From positions 56,420,001-56,484,000 of the forward strand of contig OZ024749.1 in assembly GCA_964016885.1 (NCBI GenBank): a stretch of 64,000 bases of DNA. The letters are read 5' to 3'. Shown here piece after piece: positions 56,780 to 64,000 of this stretch. The stretch is from Eledone cirrhosa. Lineage: Eukaryota. Each line of letters begins with the position of its first letter. The first letter of the stretch is position 1. The position numbers and the translations under genes are program-made. The notes below the pieces were generated by a model, which saw only the letters and a program-made list of their open reading frames with translations, was not told where the DNA came from and did not search any database.

Positions 56780-58639
56780 ATCTTGCTTCTTATTCTTATT
56801 CAATGTTGAAAACTTGCTACCTAGTTTCTCTAAGGAACCACATCAACTACAGCAGGGACTGATTTACGTATCTGATTATGTTTATATGGAAGGATTGTTT
56901 CATTAAAACACATCGGAAGCAACATCTATCAATCAAATACGCACAACAGTTGCACTTTGCACTCGCTAACCTTAAACATGCACAGCTGCAGTTCTCCAGT
57001 TCTCCAGCTATTTCCTGCACCTAGAGCTGTGTGTGACTTAAGATTAAAGTATTTGTAGTTCCCAAAATAAATTCTGCCAGTTTAGCTTTTGAGCCACTCC
57101 AGACTTTTGACAGTTTATAAACTATACACACTCACACACACACACACACACATGTATATGTATGTATGTGTCTATATACATACATACACACAAACATATG
57201 CATGTATGTGTGCATGTATGTGTATATATACATTCAAACACACATATGCATACAAACACACATATGCATACAAAGACACACATATGCATACAAACATATA
57301 TTTACATATATACAGACACATATACATACACACATATATATGCATACATAAACACACACACACACACACATATATATATGTATACATATATATAGAGATC
57401 AATACATACATACATACACCTATATATGCATACATATATATTCTTCTACTTTATACATACATATATATGTATGTATGTATGTATGTCAGGTCACTCTTCA
57501 GTGCAACAGGTAACATGCAACGCAGTACAACCTCTGCATGGTCAGGTTGTTGTCATCTTAACTGGCAACCCAAAATCCCCCTCCTCAGCAAGCTTGGTGA
57601 GGAGGGGGATTTTGGACACCCTGCAGGAAGAAATACAAGACCAGTCAATGGACGGAGGAATTCAGGAAGAGACAACTAAAATTTTTTAAATCTAATGAAA
57701 TAAAATAAAAAATGGAAAATAAAGAAGGCCAACGGTGGGAGGGGGGGGGGGGGGGGGATTAAACTTTAAAAGAAAAAAGGGATAAAGAAAAAATGGAAAA
57801 CAATGAAAGCTGTAAAGCAGCTAAAACGTTCTGTTGTTGAAGATTTGTGTAACCTCTCATTTAATGTAAACAGATTTAAAGGAATTGCTATATATTATAA
57901 TTAGCTAGCTTCAAATAATGGATTGTTTTGGATTTAAAAATAAAAATTTTAAATATTTACAGCATTAAAAAAATTTATATCAAACTTCTTTTTATTTGCT
58001 GATATAGAGAAAATAATCTATGAATAAATTATATATTTCCTGAGTCAACGACCTCGCTTGCAAATAATAATAATACTTAGTCATTGTGGAGATAAACAGA
58101 ATGTCTTTAATAATTGTTTATACAAACCAGCTCAACACCAGTTCACTATTGAGGTCAACTCTTCCTCTTTATATATATCTTTCTTATTTTATCTTTCGTT
58201 TTGCCTCCCCCACCCCACTCACTCTTTCCTTCACTGGAAGAAATCAGCTGTTTTCAGTCAGATCCAAAGAGAGTGTGGACTCCACTTGGTTTTAAAAATG
58301 CCTGAGACACACTGTATGTCACAACAGCACCCCTTACAATGCCAGCAAGAGTTATGGGTCCATGGCTGAGACTCTAACCACTAAGCCACATACTTTCACA
58401 CCTTTATTTTGCTATAAATAATAGCTTAGAAAATTGGGTAAAATACCCCCTATAGACAGAAAAAAGTGGCCAGCAGCCGCTACAGAGAATTCAAACTCTG
58501 TACAGCTACTGGGAATCAAACTCTGTACTTCACACAATTAATTATGAAAGGAGGTAACTAACTTTATAACTGAAACAAGAAACCAATCACAACATAAGGA
58601 GATGTTTCCCACCAAAGTTTAATAAGAATTAAATCTTAC

Positions 58640-58803
58640 CTTTCTCATCATTTTTAGATCTAACAGCTAGTGTGTCATTACTTAGTGATACAGTGAAATT
58701 GGTCAATAGCTCTGACTTTAGTCCAGCAAATTTTATTGGACTTAGCAGCCTTCCATCATAGGAATGTATGCTTAGATTAGCACCATCAGCTAGCAAAAAG
58801 TAT
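58640..58803 (-). CDS. IFT80: IFT80 internal coding exon C (164 nt; not in the ORF track)
   Basis: Acceptor ttttttctcttgcag|A and donor G|gtaaga. Translates (K)YFLLADGANLSIHSYDGRLLSPIKFAGLKSELLTNFTVSLSNDTLAVRSKNDEK, matching IFT80 HFLLVDG...YSYEGR...TVSLSNDTIAIRDKADEK. Split codon AA+A=Lys fits exon B. Confidence 0.95.
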
Positions 58804-58903
58804 CTGCAAGAGAAAAAATCATTCTAAGAAAAAATAAAAAATAAATACAAACAAAAATCAATAAGTTATCAAATATCACCTATGGAGAAAATGTTTCCAA
58901 CAT

Positions 58904-59037
58904 TGTCGCTTTCCCCGGCATCTACTCGCAACCTTACGGTTCGGCGGCGGAACTGCCTCGCCGGCGGGTTGCGTTCTTTCTCGCGATCGACGCGGGGCCG
59001 ATCAGGGTGAACGTTTACCGGCCGCGGGGCGGGGGGG
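58904..59037. other. GC/CpG-rich insert of unknown origin
   Basis: About 22 CpGs in about 135 bp by manual count, in an otherwise CpG-poor, AT-rich window. Confidence 0.75.
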
Positions 59038-59112
59038 TCAATAAAGTAAAGTACCAGTAATGTACTGGGTAATTGCTGGCCTTGTGGCAAATGTAGAAAC
59101 AATTATTATTAT
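59034..59112 (+). mobile_element. 3' half of SINE family 1, fused to the GC-rich insert
   Basis: ggggtcaataaagtaaagtaccagtaatgtactgggtaattgctggccttgtggcaaatgtagaaacaattatt. Confidence 0.85.
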
Positions 59113-60694
59113 TATATATATCAGAATAGAAAGTGTCAGTGTCTTTAAAAAGACAAGTTTAGGTTTGTTTGGACACACACACACATGCACATATCTGACA
59201 GAAAAACTTCTAATCCAAGATCTACACACTCTATCGATTAACGTAACTCCAAAGACCCTTCAGAACTTGATACTGAAAGGGTTAAATCCTGCAAACATTA
59301 TCACACTCCTGTATGAATTCTCATCAAACCTCATCTTTTTTTTTCTTTTTTTCTTCCTAAAATTAAATTTTCATCAATCTACACAAGATATTTGTAAACT
59401 ATTCATATATATATCTAACAATGATCTTAATCTATCAATGTCAATTTTCGATATCCACAATAAAATTAGAAGTTATATCAATCTTTATTTTTATTTTTTA
59501 TTTTTTAATTTAAACATTTTTTTTATTTTTTGCTTGCAGCATTCATTTCAGAAGGAAAAATGAAAAAATAAAAAAATAAAAAAATAAAAAAATAAATAAA
59601 AATAAAAATAAAAAAAACAACAACAACAACAACGACATTATTTCTGCTTTCAATGTAGAAAAGTTTAAAGTTAATTTATTATAACATCTTTTACAACTTA
59701 TGACTGGTTTGTTGTGTGTAAAGCAAGGTAGGATTAATACTGAAAGACATTTTCAAACTTTGCTTTCTTTTTTTTTCATCAAACCTCCCAGTTTCACTTC
59801 ACTGAGATAGATGTACATTAAATTCTAAAAGTTGGTCTAAATGTAACACACACAATTTTTATATTATATTTCATTATACTTGGAGTAGAAACTCACAGAA
59901 TGTAAATATATGATAGATGTTTTTTATATGTATACAGTGGAGGTGTGGCCTAGTGGTAAGTGTGTTGGATTTACGATATAACGTCATGGGTTCGATTTCT
60001 AGACTGGGTTACTCCAGTATACTCAGCAGAAAAGGAGTACCAGCAATAGCTGGGGGTTTATACTTGCAATGGACTGGCGTCCTGTCCAGGGGAGAGTCTT
60101 GTACTCTCAGTCACTTCAAGACAGATAATAACATTTAAATCAAATACCATCATCACCATCACCATCACTGCTACCACCACCACCACCATCATCATTTTCA
60201 CTGCCACAACTAACACCACCACTATCACATCACTAACACCACCATCATCCCCACCATCATTATCACCACCACCACTACCACCATTGTCACTGCCACCACT
60301 ATCACCACCACCACTACCATCACCCTCACCACCATCATCACCCCCCCCCCTCCCACCATCACCACCACCATTATTGTCACTGGCACCACTATCACATCAC
60401 TAACACCACCACCACCACCACCATCATTGTCCTGCCAAGGAACTACAATATCAACAACACAGTTTAGAGTTAATGTGAAGCAGTATATAGACAGCTTCAA
60501 TTACATACAACTGCCTGTATAAACATTTGATTCATTACAAGAGAAACAGCAATTATTCTTCTATATCTCCACATATTCTCATTAACTGTTCTCATGTTTA
60601 TCTTAGTAATTAATCTTCTTCTCCTCCTTCTCCTCTTCCGCTTCCTCCTTTTTCCTCTTCACCCACTTATTCCAGGGGGGGGGGGGGGCTTCAA

Positions 60695-61000
60695 AAGCAA
60701 TTGTCTCCACAATTGCTCCAGCTGGATCCCCGAGTGAGACCAGTCGAGCTCTCAAGGATGTTACCCAACCATCTAGCTTGTCATCTACCTTTGGGTCTTC
60801 TGCTGGTTGGTTTTGCTCCTAAAATCTATCCAGCAATTCTTTCCAGAAATATTCTAACCACATGTCCGTAATGTTGGAGCTGTGATCTCCCAATTCAGAG
60901 AAGTAGCAGCTCTACCTGGAGTAACTCTCTGATCTCCGAGCTACACTGTGGAACTTATTATTTCATGTCAGTCATAAACATTCTCAGGTGTCCACGCAGT
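60695..61000 (-). mobile_element. Degenerate RTE (Expander/Rex3-like) LINE fragment
   Basis: LLL*IGRSQLQHYGHVVRIFLERIAG*ILGAKPTSRRPKGR*QARW resembles the ERSQLRWFGH...RRPRGRPRTRW motif. Confidence 0.65.
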
Positions 61001-61334
61001 CTCTTTTCAACTGAATTTACAAAATACAAAACCTCAATTCAAAATATATGGGTACATTGCAAACGTACTTAAATCGAAGATGCAATTTTTACAGAAATAT
61101 ATACAACTTTATTGTTAAAACAACTGAAGGTCCTCCCAACCATTTGTTTGAGGATGGGGGCAGGAGGTAGAGGGATGAGTAAGAGAAGGCGGGAGGGGGG
61201 GGGGGGTAAAGGAAAAGGTGGGAGGAAGAGGAAAACAGAACAGATTTAAAAATATGAAAATTTGAACAAAAACAAAACAACAAAAGATAAAAATAAAATA
61301 AGTGCAAAATAAAAGAATAAAATAAACTTCTTAC

Positions 61335-61409
61335 TTCTCTGCTTGGACAATCAATGATACACAGCCATCTTTTAGATCAAATATTATTGGTGTGTTCCAG
61401 TTCTTGGTA
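61335..61409 (-). CDS. IFT80: IFT80 internal coding exon B (75 nt)
   Basis: Acceptor ctattcctcag|T and donor AA|gtaaga. Translates (S)[24 protein letters not shown](K), near-identical to IFT80 [26 protein letters not shown]. Split codon AG+T=Ser fits exon A. Confidence 0.96.
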
Positions 61410-61448
61410 CTGAGGAATAGAAGAAACAGCAAATATAGAAAATAAATG

Positions 61449-61487
<39 letters not shown>

Positions 61488-61536
61488 TATTTACATACAT
61501 ACACATATATACATAAAAGTGATGATGAGGATGATG

Positions 61537-61575
<39 letters not shown>

Positions 61576-61952
61576 GACACATATATATATATATATACAT
61601 ATGCCTTGTGTTTGGTAAAATGTCAAAGGTGATTTTCAAACTCAATAATTCAAAGATAACAAAATAATTAAATTCTCTTTTAAAGCAAAACCAAGAAAAT
61701 AAATAAATTAAAAAAAAAAAAAACAATCAACACAAAAACAAACAAAAACAAAACAAAAAAAATTGCAAACTTAGAAAACAAACTATAAACAAATTATAAA
61801 TTAAAATCACACAAGTTAATGAAATCATGTCGATAACATTGAGAAAATGAATCAGAGATATTGGAAGAGGGAGGATGCGTGAAATTTAATTGTGTTTTGC
61901 ATTAAAATTTCAAAAAATTGTTTATATGTAATATATATATGCACACACACAT

Positions 61953-62016
<64 letters not shown>

Positions 62017-62085
62017 GTATATGTGTATATATATGTATGTATATGTGTATATATATACATATATATATATACATATATACATATG

Positions 62086-62324
<239 letters not shown>

Positions 62325-62899
62325 GTATGTATTTATATATATATATAATTATAAAATGAATATAATTTTATATATATATATATACATATATATATCCAAA
62401 CACACCTTTAGAATATTAATTAATATAAACTAATTAAACAGAGACAATTTTTCTCATTATTTAATATGCTATAATTAGCTGTTACCTCAATAACCAGAGA
62501 AGATACAAGATACAATGTTTTGGCCTCGATACAGAGACAACCATAGCAGAAAGTTTATATAGAAGAGGAAGAGATAGAAACTAAATAAAATTAAATGAAA
62601 GACAAAAATATGTGATTTTCTCAAATGATATTCTTTGATTAATATTTTGTGAAAAAAAAAAAATAATAATAATAAATAATAATGATAATAATAATTAGTT
62701 TATAAATATATCAACTAATGATAATTTGGTTTTTGATCCATTCATTTAAAACTACAAACAGAAAGAAACGGAGAAACGCTGAGACAGAAATTATCAAAGA
62801 CCGAATAAATTTGAAGAAATTAAATCAAGAAAAATACAATTTATTTTCAGAAGTTTCATAGAAGAATGTTAATGTTTGGTGTGATTTAGTGGGAAATAT

Positions 62900-63093
62900 C
62901 AGTGTCTGTAGTACCAGTGTCTTCAGTACCAAAGTCTCTAGTATCAGTGTCTAAAGTACCAAAGTCTCTATTACCAGTGCCTATAATAGCAGAGTTTCTG
63001 GTTAGTACCAGTGTCTAAAGTACCAAAGTCTCTAGTACCTGTGTCTAAAGTACCAAAGTCTCTAGTGGTTAGCACCACTATCTATAATACCAA
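62900..63093. repeat. Degenerate 14-16-bp tandem repeat
   Basis: agtaccaaagtctct / agtaccagtgtcta units. Confidence 0.75.
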
Positions 63094-63208
63094 ATATCCT
63101 TACCTGTAAATATGTACTTTAATTAGAAATATGGTAATTAGAAATATGGTTAATGATAAAGGAAACCAACCCAAAATAAAACAGTAACAAACACACATCT
63201 ATCCTTAC

Positions 63209-63382
63209 CTGTAAATATGTACTTGTGAAGCAGTGGCAACAACTAAATACCCAAATGTGAATGATAACTTGATGATACGGTCTCTGAAGTCCAATTTATC
63301 TTTAGCGTCATCTAACACATTATGGACATCAATCTGGTTACTACTGACAACAGTTATAACAAAATTCTTCCATTCTAATCGT
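63209..63382 (-). CDS. IFT80: IFT80 internal coding exon A (174 nt)
   Basis: Acceptor ttttttgcag|A and donor AG|gtaagg. Translates xRLEWKNFVITVVSSNQIDVHNVLDDAKDKLDFRDRIIKLSFTFGYLVVATASQVHIY(S), recognisably the IFT80 segment WEWKNF...LEFRDRVIK...LVVSTSLQCYVFS. Phase 2 at both ends. Confidence 0.93.
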
Positions 63383-64000
63383 CTGCAAAAAAAAAAAAAA
63401 TAGGGGGAGGTGAAGTGGTGTAAAAAAGGGGGAGCGGAGGCGAGGTGGTGTAAAGAGGGGGGTGTAAAAAGGGGGAGCGGAGGCGAGGTGGTGTAAGGGG
63501 GGGGGGGGTGTAAAAAAGGGGGATGGGGTGAGGTGGTGGAAAGGGGGAGGGGTGAGGGGGAAAAAGGGGGGGGGGTGAAGTAGTGAAAAAAAAGGAGAGG
63601 TGAGATGGTGAAAAAAACACACAAGAAACAAACATCAGTTATTGTTGTTGCAGTGAACGTGATCCAATGAAGAAGCTTCTATGTGAGTCATGGCCAAACT
63701 GCAGCCTACAAGCCACATGTGGATCATTTGGCTCAAATGTTTTACTAGTGTGGCCCATCTTATGATGAGCCACATCCTATGTAGCTCAATGCTCGAAAAA
63801 GGTTGTAAACTAAATACGACAGAGGCCACCTCAGTGGAGTATTTATTACAATAGTGAGGAGTGAATTCCTTGGACAAACTTCTCACTTCTTCTCCAGACA
63901 CAACAGCCAAGGTATTCAGACTTGGGATTTCTTCATTGGACCTTTCCACATTCCATTCCCTCACGCACAATCACATATATATATATATATATATATACAT

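Noticed and set aside
59060-59563. 167-aa plus-strand ORF
   Set aside because: It starts inside a SINE, has a low-complexity F/I/L/N bias from AT-rich DNA, and has no recognisable domain.
63635-63970. 111-aa minus-strand ORF as a possible upstream IFT80 exon
   Set aside because: No similarity to the expected WSYALEKP...GHVVFAHVVE segment. It contains a weak hAT-TIR-like stretch near 63690 and is probably a decayed transposon.

Overview
AT-rich, microsatellite-saturated animal genomic DNA. The SINE/RTE repertoire and (TA)n/(CA)n/(GAT)n load suggest an octopus or other coleoid cephalopod (inference). The only host gene I can support is IFT80 (intraflagellar transport 80) on the minus strand. 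Five internal coding exons (174, 75, 164, 65, 136 nt) have canonical GT-AG sites and consistent phases, and are separated by introns of about 1.8, 2.5, 37.1 and 12.1 kb. The gene continues past both window ends, so everything else is intronic. The introns hold tRNA-derived SINEs, RTE-clade LINE fragments (one with an intact ~220-codon C-terminal ORF), Tc1/mariner- and piggyBac-type MITEs, fold-back elements, minisatellites and microsatellites. Almost all ORFs in the track are simple-repeat artefacts. Main observations: (1) minimal type-I hammerhead-ribozyme motifs with palindromic stem III, of the kind known from Penelope-like elements, two of them inside fold-back elements; one has a compensatory U3-A8 core and one lies on the IFT80 sense strand behind its own antisense arm; (2) a ~135-bp CpG-dense, foreign-looking insert fused to a headless SINE about 100 nt from an exon; (3) an exact 25-nt duplicate of an exon end plus splice donor; (4) a 5'-inverted RTE insertion; (5) several long hairpins that could be A-to-I editing substrates. 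Exon and ribozyme coordinates were counted base by base. Repeat boundaries are approximate.
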